Origin: Candidatus Omnitrophota bacterium
GTDB taxonomy: Bacteria; Omnitrophota; Gorgyraeia; 2-01-FULL-45-10
DNA: 64,000 nt
Assembly (NCBI GenBank): GCA_041650935.1
Contig: JBAZKH010000004.1
Span: forward strand, 5,040 to 69,039
Direction of reading: 5' to 3'
Part shown: in pieces, positions 1 through 12,300 of the stretch
Position numbering within the stretch: the stretch's first letter is position 1
Layout: each line of letters starts with the position of its first letter
Notes under the pieces: generated by a model
Told to the model about the DNA's origin: nothing
What the model saw: the letters and a program-made list of their open reading frames with translations, nothing else
Database searches by the model: none
Program-made: the position numbers and the translations under genes

Positions 1-330
1 CTTAACTGGGCGGCAAGGTCCTTGGGCTTTATGCTGCTCAGTACCCCGGCACATGAATTTGGCCACAGCATGCTTGCCCGGGACGCCCGGACAGAACGTC
101 ACATATTCTTAGGCTATGTAAAAGACGCCGAAGGTAACGCCGCAAAATACGGAGGGATCCTAGGCAATCTTTTAACAGCCTCTCTATTTGGCATAATAAC
201 AGCCGTCTCCATATGCTTTTCCGGCCAAATGAACGGGCTGCATTACTACGCATTATTTATCATAACCGCCAACCTATTTTCGATTCTTTCAGAACTTATA
301 GGTATACCCTTTGGCCGCGGAGACCTCTCA
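1..330 (+). other. Site-2-protease (peptidase M50)-like membrane module: HEFGH in a hydrophobic helix plus a downstream NLFSILSELIGIPFGRGD motif (compare NxxPxxxLDGG).
   Basis: HEFGH is encoded at 52-66 inside a TM segment. A second hydrophobic helix ending in ...IPFGRGD is at about 271-324. The spacing and context resemble the RseP/SpoIVFB family. Confidence 0.4.
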
Positions 331-3300
331 GTTACGAAGACCGCACCGGCGGAATCGGAATCTGCGCCTGCAACACAACCTGCGGAAACTATAACCCCGC
401 TTGCGCGTACCGGATGGCTGCTCAGCAGAGCGGCTATAGCTCTAAGTATTGGCGGCCTTATCGCCTATCCGGAGATATTATACGGCTACCTGCCTATATT
501 TATACAAGGATGGCTTATTATCGCTCTCTTAGCCGGTGTAAGCAAGATCAAAGATAAGTTCATCCTGAAGGCGGGGATATCATTTTTAGGCGTAGTAATG
601 ATAACCGGTATGTTCCAAGATATCGCAGTAAACGGCGTACTGCCGATAATGGCCGTTGAATCTGCCTGCAAATTTGCCGGCGCTCTCTTAGCCAGAAAGA
701 TCTTTACGAAAGAGCCTCTGAAGAAGACGATCGGCACCGCGACGAAATGGAGCCTGGGTCCGGCAGTGACCGACCAGTACTATTATAATCTCGTCCTATA
801 TCCTTTCCTGCAGGCGTCTTTCTCTAAAGCGCATTTCGGTGTTTGGGCGCCGTTATTAATGGCGTCATTCGACACGGCGCTGGCAACGCTGATCCTGCAT
901 ATGTGGCTTTCGGTAGCGGTTGGAACCATCCTGGTCGAAAATAAGGATATCTTTAAAGAGATGGCAAAGGCGCGCTCTGTCGCAAAGAAGGTCTATCCCT
1001 ACAATTTTCTCTTCTGGTTTACGGCGCTCCTGACGGGATGGATTATACTATATGCTTTTTCGCTCGACGCATCGTGGCTTAAAGTCATGCTTATGCCTTT
1101 TAAGATCGTATGGATAGGGGTTATTTCCGAGGTGATGAGGCGTAAATTCGAGACGGAAGAGTCCGCTCCGCCGGCCGGGACCAAAACCGTTGCCGGCGCC
1201 GGCCGGGTGGTTCGCGCCGTTTTGATAATGGTTACTTTTGGCATTGCATCGCTATTGTTTAATACCGGTACCGCCCTGGCAAATAAAGCGAACCAGCAGG
1301 AAACGCCAGCGGCGACCGTTGAAGAGGTTATGGACCTATCCGCCAAAGTCTATCCCGGCAGAGATGTGGAAGAAAAAGTGCGGGCCATGGATGCCGAAAA
1401 GCTTACTAATACGAGAGACAGGTTAAGAAAAATGTGGGAAAAGAAGCTGGCGGAGGAAGCAGAAAAGAAGCAGGATGTGCTGATAAAGGCCAGTGATCCG
1501 GCAGTGCAGGCTCAGTTTAGAAAAATAGCGGGTGAGAACGCGGTATATTTCAGCCCCGGCGTGGGATACGACACGACGACAGGCCTTGTATATAATCATA
1601 TAAAAGTAGATAACGGTATCATTGTAAGCAGGATGGGCTTTTTCAATGGGACCGACATCGGACTGTGCCTTGACTCCCTGAAAGATTCTGTAAAAGGCAA
1701 TATAAACATACCGGGAGTTACGCCTGTAAAGGCCGCGCAGATGATAAGAAAGACGCTTAATACCCTTTTAAAGATACAAAGGGATCCCAGGCTAAGTCAT
1801 AGAGGGCTATTTTACTGGTATCAGTTTAACGGGGAAAACATAAATGTAGATCCGGGCCATCCTATTGCTTCATCGGTCGATAATGGAAAGCTCAGCCTTT
1901 CTTTAGCGGCAGTAGCAGGCGGTTTGTTGAAGGAGAAAGGATGCCGGGATATAGTTCGCATGGCGCGCGAGATAATAAATGAACAAAATAAACCATTCAG
2001 GAACGCTGACGGCAGGATTGTAAACGGCGCCTGGGCAGAGCTTTACGATCCGGTTAAAGGTTTATTGCGGGCAGGTGTTGATAGTAACAGCAGCTTTCTT
2101 ACATATTGGATAGATAGAAAGACCAATGAATCCCGCTCGGCGGTCGCATGGGCTATCTTAAATTCCGGCGGTCAGGTGCCGATAAGCGCTTTTACGAACA
2201 TGGAAGCACCCGTCTGGCCTGAACCATATGAAACTCTGGGAGGGAAAAGCGTCAGCAGGGTCTTATCATGGAAGGGTTGCAAGTTTGAATTTGCCGATAC
2301 GTCTTTATGGATAGACGAGGGAGCTCTATCTTCCGCGTACCGCGAAGCAGCCTTGGAATTTCTCACGGTTATGATAGACAACAATATAGGAAGGGAAAAA
2401 TTGCCGGCTTTCAAGTCGGCAGCTTTTGGCCCAGACGGCACATACAGGACCTACGGAACGCATAGTTTGGCCGAAACGGAAGTGCGGTTCAATAATCAGG
2501 GAGAAGTCTGCGACGGGGTAGCGTCGCCCCACACTATAGGCCTGGCGCGTCTTATTTCACCCGATGTAGCGGCTACGCTAATGGCGCGGCTAATTGCCAA
2601 TTACCCTCAGCTTAATACACCGTTTGGATTATTGGACGGCATAGATACTAATGGAAATGTAGCTAATACCATATGCGGCCAAAACCAGGGTATGCTTGTC
2701 ATCGGATTGCAGGGACACGAAAACTCCAAAGATGTCGCCGCCTATTTACAATCGACCGGGCAATATAATCTGCTGAAGCAGATATATGCAGTTCAGGAAA
2801 TTACCGGTCTCCACAGTAACACAACACCCGAGGATGCGTTGCGCCTCATAATTGCCGCCGAAAAACGCCCGCACATAGCCATTCCCGATAAAAAACAGTC
2901 TCCCGCGCGGCATGCGCCCGCGCCGAAACCGGCGGCGGGTTATAACCTGCTGGCAGATTATGCCCTTTCTTCTTCTTCGGAAAACATGGGCGGCAAAGCG
3001 ATTATTTCATGGCACGGCGGTGTATTGACCGTAAAACATAATCCCGCAGACGGCGCCGGCCATAGTTATGCGGCAAACAATTTAAAGAAGCCGTATATAT
3101 TGGGAGAGGGCGAGGCGATCGAGATAAGGGGCCGCGGTAGTTTTACGCTGAAACTGGAAGGCTCTACGACGATACTCAGGAAAGTCGATCTCGATGGAAC
3201 GAACGGGGTATTTACGGTATCCGATCTGCCGGCCGGCATGAGTATAGGGATTATGGTTATAGATAATGTCAAGCCCGGCCCGCCGGTTATTATTAAAGAG

Positions 3301-6300
3301 ATACGGGTAATAAATACGCGGGGAAGCGTAAAGACAAGTCTCTTTAAGCCGGCAATTCCAGGTCTGAAGATTATGAGGGCCGCTGCAGGTTTGGGTATCT
3401 TCTTCGCCGCGCCGGCACTTTTACCGGCCGCGGAGGTAGCGGTCCGGAATACGCCCGGGGCCTCATTACCGTTATTTGCCGGCCTCGACCCGGCGGTTTA
3501 TGTAGCCTGCGGCGTTATAGGTTTTGTGGCGCTGTTATTAATAGGGTGCATGTCAGCCGGAATGATGCTTGATAAGAGCCGGCGGAAGGAATCTCATCAG
3601 GCGCAGTTTAATAGACTGGGATTGCAAGAGGCAAAAAAACCGACGGCACATGGGACTCCCGGTCTTCCAAAGAGCCCTGCAGGATCCGCGAAACCTCATG
3701 AGGAGACGGCAGGCGTTGCCTTGAAGGCGCCGGTTGCACCACCGGCTAGAGCGCCGGAAACGGTAAGCGTACCGCCTGCCGAAGCATCCGTAGAACATCA
3801 TACTGCCAGAGAGAAGACGGAAGAAGAGTTGAGGGAGGAAGGTAAGGCGCTAATAAATGGGTATTTCGCAACGATAAATGGCCACCTGGCTTACCTTGAA
3901 GGCCTGCGTAACAAATGCGCTGAAAAGAATACCGGTGCGGCGTGGAAAGAGTACGGGGAAGAGTATCAGGGCGTGAAGATGCTGATAGATGGGATAAGAG
4001 AAGATATAAAGAAGGCATACAGGGCGATATCCAGGGAAAAAAGCAGTATAGAAAAAAGCATAGTAAAATTCCTGACAGAGGCTAATGTGAAACTTAAAAA
4101 CCTTGCCCCCGGGCATGTTACCGGCGCCGGAGACCAAAGGTTCGGAACTACAGGCATGGTCCCGGCCGTATGGAAAAAAGTCATTCCCGTTTTAAGAAAT
4201 TGGGGTTTGCCAGCCAGGGTAATAGCGGCCATGGGCGGGTTCGAGGAGATCTTCTTTAGTTCAATAGTCGTCGGATGCCCGGGAGTTGCCGGAAAACTCA
4301 TCGGCGGCGCGTTCGGTCACGTAGGGATCGGAACATATACCGGCTTAGCGATCGGCTCGCTCCTAAGCGCCTGGCTATTCCGCAGGGCGCATGCGAAAGG
4401 AGTCTATCATTACGATGCCGGCGGAGAGCTGACCCGCGGCCCGCCGTCGGCCAGGGCTATAACTATCCTTGGTGTTGCTTTACGTCTCGCATATTTTATT
4501 CCAGCTCTGCTATTACCTCTAAATGTCCCGCCGCTGCTTTTATGGGCCCCTTTCTTTACCGCCGCTATCCACGCTATTTATAACAGCATTCTTGCGCCGG
4601 GTCTTGGCCTTGCGCTGGGGATAGCAAACATGCGGCACGCAATAAATTCTAACGAGAAAAGCGTACAGGGCAAGATAAACAGGGTAATAGAGAAGATACT
4701 CGCGATTCCGACTATTCAGCAGCATGGCGATGAGGCGGCTAAGTTTTTGAACGGTTTCGCCGATTCGATGCCGCTTCTTCATAAGGGCGAAGCGTCGGAA
4801 GAGCGGTTGTATGAGCAGATGCTTATAGTATACCAGTATTACAGATCCGCCCCAAAAGAAATCAAGTTTAACAACCCTTATGATGAAGACGGCCGCTCTT
4901 TTGGACATACCGATATTATATTCGTCGGGGAGAACAGGAATAATCTTGAATCGGAGGTAATGAAAATTATTAAAAAGAATTGCGCCGTCGAATCGAAATG
5001 GGCGTATGTATACGGCGATACCATAATCATAGTCTTCGAAGCAATAAAGAAGAAAGGCGTCTATGGCACATTGAACCGGCAAGGCATGCGTGCCATAAGG
5101 CGCGATGTCGAGAACCTTATAAACGTAGGAGGAGAACGCAGGAAGATCGCGATTGAAGGTACGGCATCCGATGTCCACAAGATCATCATCGGCGCGGCGC
5201 ACAAGCTCGATTTAATACACAGTGTGGATGTCTATGGATCTAATTTAGCCCATCCGTGGGACAAGCCTTACATAGCAGGGCTGAAGATAAAAAATGAGGT
5301 TCGGTACTTTATAAGCACTATGCTGGAGATAATAGCTGCCTTTGCCGCCGCCGGCGGGCCGGAAAGCACGGAAGCGCAGATTTTGTCTTCGCTGATAGAA
5401 CCGTCAATAACCCTGATAGAGAACCGCGGCAAACGATGCGAGATATGCTTCAAGTCGTGTATCGACGAGGAGATCCGCCGCTACCCCGGTAAACGGGATG
5501 AGCTTCGCAGACTGAAGGCTCGCGTCATGAAGGAGTTTAAAAAGCGTAATAACGTTAAGAAAGACGACGTAGAGAAAGAGATCCAGCTTTTTAACAGGGC
5601 GGTAGAAGGGGTTGTGCGGGAACTCGATGAGATGATTTGGCGGTTTAAGCGCGGCACTACGGGAAGCTCGAAGAGCATCGCCAGTGCATATGAAGTTGTC
5701 AAAGGCGCGTTCCTGGAATACGATCCCGCAAGCTGTGAAAAAATCAAGTCATGGATACGCGGCACGGACGGCCCCGCTAATCTCAGGGGTAAGAATGCTA
5801 TTACGATCGTCGAGCATCAGGCGCGTAACTATAAAAAATGTTATGACAAAACGCCCGCCAAACACCATGAGTTTAAGAGCACTATGTATGAGATGTACAC
5901 TATGTGGAATATGCTCTTGAACCAGCTCCACCGGGTGAGGGCCCTGGATGGCGGGATCGATGCCGTATCGCTTAAAGATCGTGTACGCGCAGAACAGAAG
6001 CGTTTGCAATATGCCATAATCCAGCTAAGGAGTGAGATAAGGGCATCGGCCAGCAGGCTATATCTCGAAGAATTTATCGATGATGTGAAGCGGCGCGCTC
6101 CCCGCATCATAAGGACGGGGGGTGTGACAGCGATGAGCGCAGTGGAGGATCTTGCAGGGGCCGCGGAAAGGTTGATAACCGGCGATAAAGATGTTTCCGA
6201 GACGGAGCGGGAGTCCAGGCGAAGCGGAGTGCGTCTTGTTGTCATGCGCCTTGCCGAGCTGATCGAGGGAGATCAGCTCGGGCCCATAGAGGTTAAGGGT

Positions 6301-9300
6301 AAAGAGGATATAGTCCTCTTCGTTGAGGCGATGGACCCGTCAAGGGTATGGCAGATAAAGCGTAACTGGGGTGACCGGGTAAAGACTATCGTGTGCCCGG
6401 TCGGAAGCTCTAACTCCCATTGGGTTGTGCTGGCGCGCCAGCTAGGTTTTAACGTCATAGCCGCCGCACGTTACAGGGCACGTAAAAGATTACCCATGAA
6501 CCCCTATGATATAGAGACGGGACAGCCTGTTTTGGTCGATACCGCGAGAGGGCTTGTAACTATTAACCCGAAAGAAGAGACTCTGAATAGTTACGCGGAG
6601 CGTAAAAAGATGCTTGGCTCAAGAGAGCGTTTCTACCTTTCGAAAGCCAAAGAGGATGCCTGCACCAAAGACGGTGCCAGGCTCAATGTTTTAGCGGATG
6701 TCGGCAACCTCGACCAGATCCCGGAGGTTATAAGCCGCGGCGCCGAAGGGGTAGGGTTATACAGGACCGAGTGGCTTTACGACGGCGCGCGGAGGCTGAC
6801 GGAAGACGAGATGACAAAGATTTTTGTAAAGGCGTCGGAGAAACTCGCCGCCGGTAAGCCTCTGACCCTGCGCCTTCTCGATATGCGCGAGGACAAGCTT
6901 CCCTCGACGCTTGCCCCCAGCAGTTACGGAGGGTGTGACTATTACTTTTCTGATCAGGAAGGGACCAGGGTGGCGATAGAAGAGTTGAGGGCAATGATGA
7001 AGGCTTACGCCAAAAGCAGGAAGAAGAATATCGAGATACTATTTCCCATGGTCTCCTCCGACGATATACCTATGATCAAAAAAATCGTCGAAGGGCAAAA
7101 GAGAATGTTGATAAATGAAGGTATCCCTGTCGAGGCGCTCAACGGAATTAAAATAGGCGGCATGATAGAGACGCCCGAAGCGGCCAGAGATGCGGAAAGG
7201 CTATTCGAGTATTTCGATTTCATCAAAGTCGGCATGAACGACTTCTACACGGAATCGAAACCCGGCACCGACAGGGAATCCGACAAAGACGACGAATATT
7301 TTACGACGCTCAACCCCGTGATACTGGGGCGGCTTGTGCATGTAGCGAAAGCGGCCAGGATAGCGCGAAAGTCTCTCGGTTTTTGCGGCATGTGGGCCAG
7401 TTCCCCGCGGTTTGCCCTATTCCTATTGCGGCTTACGCGTATATACCCGGACATTTCTATTACATCCGAAATAGAGGAATTACCCCGGCTTAAGGCGATA
7501 ATCAGGCGCTCTACGGTCAGAGAATGCCTGCAGTTATTCAGGCCCGTGCGTTCGATCGCGGATGCAAAGACTCCTGTCTCTTCCTCGGACCTTCTGGATA
7601 AAATGGCGCGCAAAAAGGAGAAGCAGGTGGAGGCTAGGATATTGCAGAGCGCCGAATACAGGAGATGGAAGGTGGAGGGCGCGGAGGCTAAGTTACAGGC
7701 TGGCGCGTGGACGGGCCTGGCTGAGCGATTCGGTATACGTAATTACTCGCCTTTTATACACGCACCCTTCTTGGAGGAACTTGCCAAAGTGTGTCTGCCG
7801 CTGTATATAGCCGGGAGCGTATCCTGGGCGGTATTAGGCATTGCCGCGTTTGTCTTTGTCGCGTTACACATCTTTAACGAGCCCCTGCCGTTTGCGCCGC
7901 GGAATATAGATCCTAAGGAAGCCGCGGGCGGGCTAGTTGCGGAACGTCCGGTAAGAATCATGGCCTCAAGCGGGGAAGTCTTCGATTTCCGGTATCAGAA
8001 AGTTCCGAAAGAAGGAAAAGCGGCTTTTACGCTGACCGCGCATGATAGCGCCGGCAGAGCCGTGGGATTTATAGACGTGGTCCGCGATGCGTACGGCCAA
8101 AACGCGGTATATGGGCCTTTTTCTCACGACCTGCATAGCGGCCTTAAATCCGATTATGGTTTATATGTAAGAGATGAATATAGGAATGGGGGTATTGCGA
8201 CCGGCCTGCTTATCCTCGCCATGGCAATAGCCCAGTCCAGGGGGAATGACACTTTTATACTAGGATGCCCGAATATAGACCAGAATATTTCCATGGAGAT
8301 ACTTGTCAACAAGCTTTCCGGGCAAGGAGTCATATTTTATAAGAGTAGTATGGGCAAGTATTGTGTTTCGCTGGTTGGTATCAGGGACAAGCTTCCCATT
8401 GCGTTACCATATGTGGTAATAGGCGATAAGGATAAGAAGTTTATAGAGCGTCCATGGGTTATCCTAAGCTGGTTTGCCAGAGTGTTTACCGCGCCGCTCG
8501 TCGCGGCGTCGGCCGGCATAGCGATACCTGTATTCGGCCCGTCATTATTCGATAAACTGGGCCTTGTCTATATGTCCGGATTTTCCTCCAACGCCTCCGG
8601 AGCGACGATCCTCGCCATGCTCGTTCACCTGGGGATCAATGCTTTAGCGGCATTGGTGAATAAGACGTCCGGCGCAAAGTCCGGATACGCCGCGTGGGCT
8701 GGGAAATTTTACGGAAGGAGCGGATCGCCGTCGGACGATCCTCTGTCGGTGAGGATAAAACAATACGTAAAGGGCGAGCCATTTGACGAACTAGCGCAAT
8801 ACATCGCGCATAAAACCGCGCCGGCTAATAAATTTGCCGGCGCTATCCGGAGATTCACAAGCCGTTTCTCCTCCAGGATAACTCCGGATGAAAAAGCCCA
8901 TCTTGAGAGATTTGCTTCGATGCTTTATATCATGGGCAGGAACGGCGCAGGGTTGTCGGAGATATTCAGGTCCGGGATTTCCGCCGATACTCGCGCCGCA
9001 TTACAGCAGAATAGACGTATACTAGCGCTGATAGACAACTATAACGATATTGTGAAGGAGATGGTCAAAGTGCCCGCCGGGCCGTTGGAACCGGCCTGGT
9101 CTATGGAACATGTCGCGGACATATTCGCAAGGCTCCATGATGAAGGTTCGACAGGCGCGGCGGAGAAGAAGTATATCCGCAAGATGCGCAAAGAGTTAGG
9201 CGAATTTTTAATCGCCAGTCCCAGCTTCAACTCTTATCTGGGAAATTTAAAGAGCAGGTTAATGGAAGCTGTTATGGAAGAGAGGGGCTGGGGTAAAGCG

Positions 9301-12300
9301 GTTGCATGTTTCGAGGACCTGATCAGGAGCGATACGGCGCGGCATTGCCTTAACGACCTGGATTTATTGTTAGCCGCGAAGAGTGATAAGTATATCATGC
9401 CGTACGATATCGAAACTATCGTAAAACTGGTGATGATAGGCCTGGCGGATAGGGACGGTATGATTATATGTCACACGGCCGAAGCGGCATTGAATGCTAT
9501 CCTTGAAGAGGCGTATAACCCTAAGTATTCCAATAGTAAAAAGCGCGATCTTATATTAAATACCGTTCGCAATACAAAAGTTATGATAGACGGCCGGGAA
9601 GAGACGGTCCTGAGCCTTGTGACCCGGAATGCGGTCGAAGGCAATGTGCTTATCCGCGCGGAAGCCCTTGAAACACTCAAGCTCTTAGGCGAACCCGGGC
9701 CGAAAGGCGGGACAGGCCCCGAACCGCTCGGCCCTTCGGGCTTCGGATCCGGGGCGGGCATAAGCGCTAAGTCGCTCCTGCCGATATTTATCGCGCTTAC
9801 ATTATTTGTCAGTATGGGCGCTAAAGGTGACGTTCCCATCTGGGAACTGCTGTGGAATATCGCAAAGAGTTATCCGGGCCCTATGCTTCTCTTTATAGCC
9901 GCTGTATTATTTATCCTAGCTAGTTTGATTAAAGAGCCGGACGCGACCATAAATAAGGCTAAAACCGCCAAGCCTGCCGACGTATCCAAACCGCCGGAAG
10001 TACCAAGTAGTGAGCCCGCTGTAGCGTATGAACCCGGTACATTGAACGATAAATCCGGGCGGATCAGTGTCATGGTATTTATATTCGGCGTGCTTCTAAT
10101 GGCGGGGAGCTGGATCTGCGTAAAATACGGCTATACCGGAGCGGCAGGTCTCTTGACCCCTCTTGCTATGTCCGGGCCGCATATGGCGATTCCGGTTGTA
10201 TTTGCCATAATATTCTCGGCTATAGGATTCTCCTCCGGGGGATTTGTCTCTTTTCTTTCTCTGGCCGCGTCTTCCGCCGCGAAGATATTTTTATGTACGG
10301 CAGTCAAGAATAATTACTATCATAATATATTGGCCATGATGCCGGGTTCGATATTCAACTATTCCGACATGGCGGCGTATGCTATCGGCGCGATAGTCAT
10401 ATATCTGGCATATCCGGATAAAAGATCCATTAGGGGGGCATTTATCTTCCCGCTCCTTATTATAGCGGCCATATTGGCAGGTTTCGAGATCATGCGTCCC
10501 GGTTCTCCCGTACCGGCGTGGCATGGCTTCTCTTGGGAGACGATCAAGTCGTCGCCGTTGCAGAACCTTGTGCCGAAAGGTTTCTCCGCGGCTATGCTTA
10601 CCGGTTTTGCCTTTATCGGAATGGCCGCGCAATTTAATGGCATAGGGAAGAAGCGGCCGGCTTCTTCTCCGGATTCCCCCGATGGTGATCCGCATCGTCG
10701 TCTTCGCAGGGATTACATTATATATGGAGCGGTTTTCCACGCTCTTAGTTTTGCCGCGTTTGGGTATTTGTCGGTACTGCTCGTCTCTTCCAGCAGCACT
10801 GTCTTACTGCGCAGTATAGCCGCTCCCGGCGTCCTGTATTTCCTGGCGCAATTCGCCTCTACGATGAGTTTTGTGGCTTATGGTATAGGGTTATTGCCTC
10901 CGATGGAAAAGTTTTTCATATCGACGCATGAAAAGATGCGCCGGTGGTTTGTCAGCGAGCCGCTCGCATGGACCGTCCAATATATAATATCGCCGTTCTG
11001 GGTGTTGCCGTATATGGTGATATCGTTTGGTAAGCGCGCAGGCGCGATAGAGGCCGCGGCGGATAATGAGCGCAGGATCTCTGAGCTGGAGGCGGAAGAG
11101 GTCGTCGAAAGAGAGTTCCCAGGTGAGAGTGTGCCTGTAAAAGAGACTTTAAAGAGATTTTTAACCGCGTACAAGATGCTGGTTCGGGGGCATAGCACTA
11201 TCAACAAAGTAAAATTCATTTATGCCGGGAATAAAGAATCTCCGGGTAATATCAAGAGGGTGATCGATGCTGTTACGCAGTCTCTTGCCCGGGAATCCGG
11301 CATTATTATGGATCAGCCGGAGATAGAACGCGCCATCGAGCTTTCTAAAGCGGCGCTTGCGCTCGAGTATATAACTAAAGGCAGTCCGGTACTTATCAAA
11401 GCCAATAAGAGTTTTTCGGATAAGGCCGAAAAATTAATTATAAGAGCACATAAAGCTCTTGGGGTGATCTCGATATTACTGATTTTCTCCCACGCATTTT
11501 TAGCAAATATCACCATCACTAGCATAGGATTCCTGGGCCTCGCTTTTGCAATAGGCGGATTTGCCGCTATTATGGCAGTACGTTTTGCGCCCGACGGGCT
11601 GATAAGAAAAAAGGGGCTGGAACTGCTTTCCGCATCGGATATCCCGGATCTTTATAGAAGAGCTATTATCGATAAAGTTATCGCTATGCTGGCGGACGGC
11701 AGACTGCCCCGGAAGTCTTATGAGGATAGCGTGATCAATAGTTTATCGCGGGTAGCAAAGACAGATTCCGATACGGAAAGTATCAGGCAATATTTGGATA
11801 CTCGCTTAATGACCGAAGGGAATATATTTACTCGCAGGAGACTGGAGGAGTACGTGACACTCACTGTGAACGTGGGCCCCAAACCACTCGGCCCTTCGGG
11901 CCTCGGATTCGGGGCAGGCCCCAAACCACTCGGCCCTTCGGGCCTCGGATTCGGGGCAGGCCCCAAACCACTCGGCCCTTCGGGCCTCGGACTGCGCCCA
12001 GAACCGGATGGTTCTGGGTCCGGGGCAGGCCCCGAACCACTCGGTCCTTCGGACCTCGGATTCGGGGCAGGCATGATACCGGCCCTGAGGTGGATATTCC
12101 AGAGGACGCAAAATACGCGGCTAAAGTATCTGGGCATGACCGAGCGCGGCCAGGCCGTGTGGGAGCAAGCCGTATTCACTGCTATTACTAATTTGCTTTC
12201 CTGGACAGGCTGGTACGGCGGGACGATCGGAGCCATCTTTATTAGCTGGTCTGTATTTTATGCGAGCCATTTGGGGAGCGTAGGCGGAGTAAGAGCCCCT

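Noticed and set aside
213-557. Small plus- and minus-strand ORFs of 60-150 aa nested in ORF1-ORF4, for example 213-557, 1238-1426, 4275-4583, 7562-7810, 18680-18916 and 41180-41374.
   Set aside because: They are out-of-frame overlaps of the giant genes, with no start context or independent support.
11875-12069. A possible CRISPR array, given identical 42-nt direct repeats.
   Set aside because: The units are directly adjacent with no spacers. They are in frame within a 17-kb ORF, encode a Gly/Pro linker, and no cas genes are nearby.
11718-12236. A minus-strand ORF (172 aa) reading through the Gly/Pro repeat array, and the nested 11806-12111 ORF.
   Set aside because: It is an artefact of the repeat: any frame of a GC-rich Gly/Pro-coding repeat stays open. 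The plus-strand frame is continuous with the flanking TM domains of ORF1.
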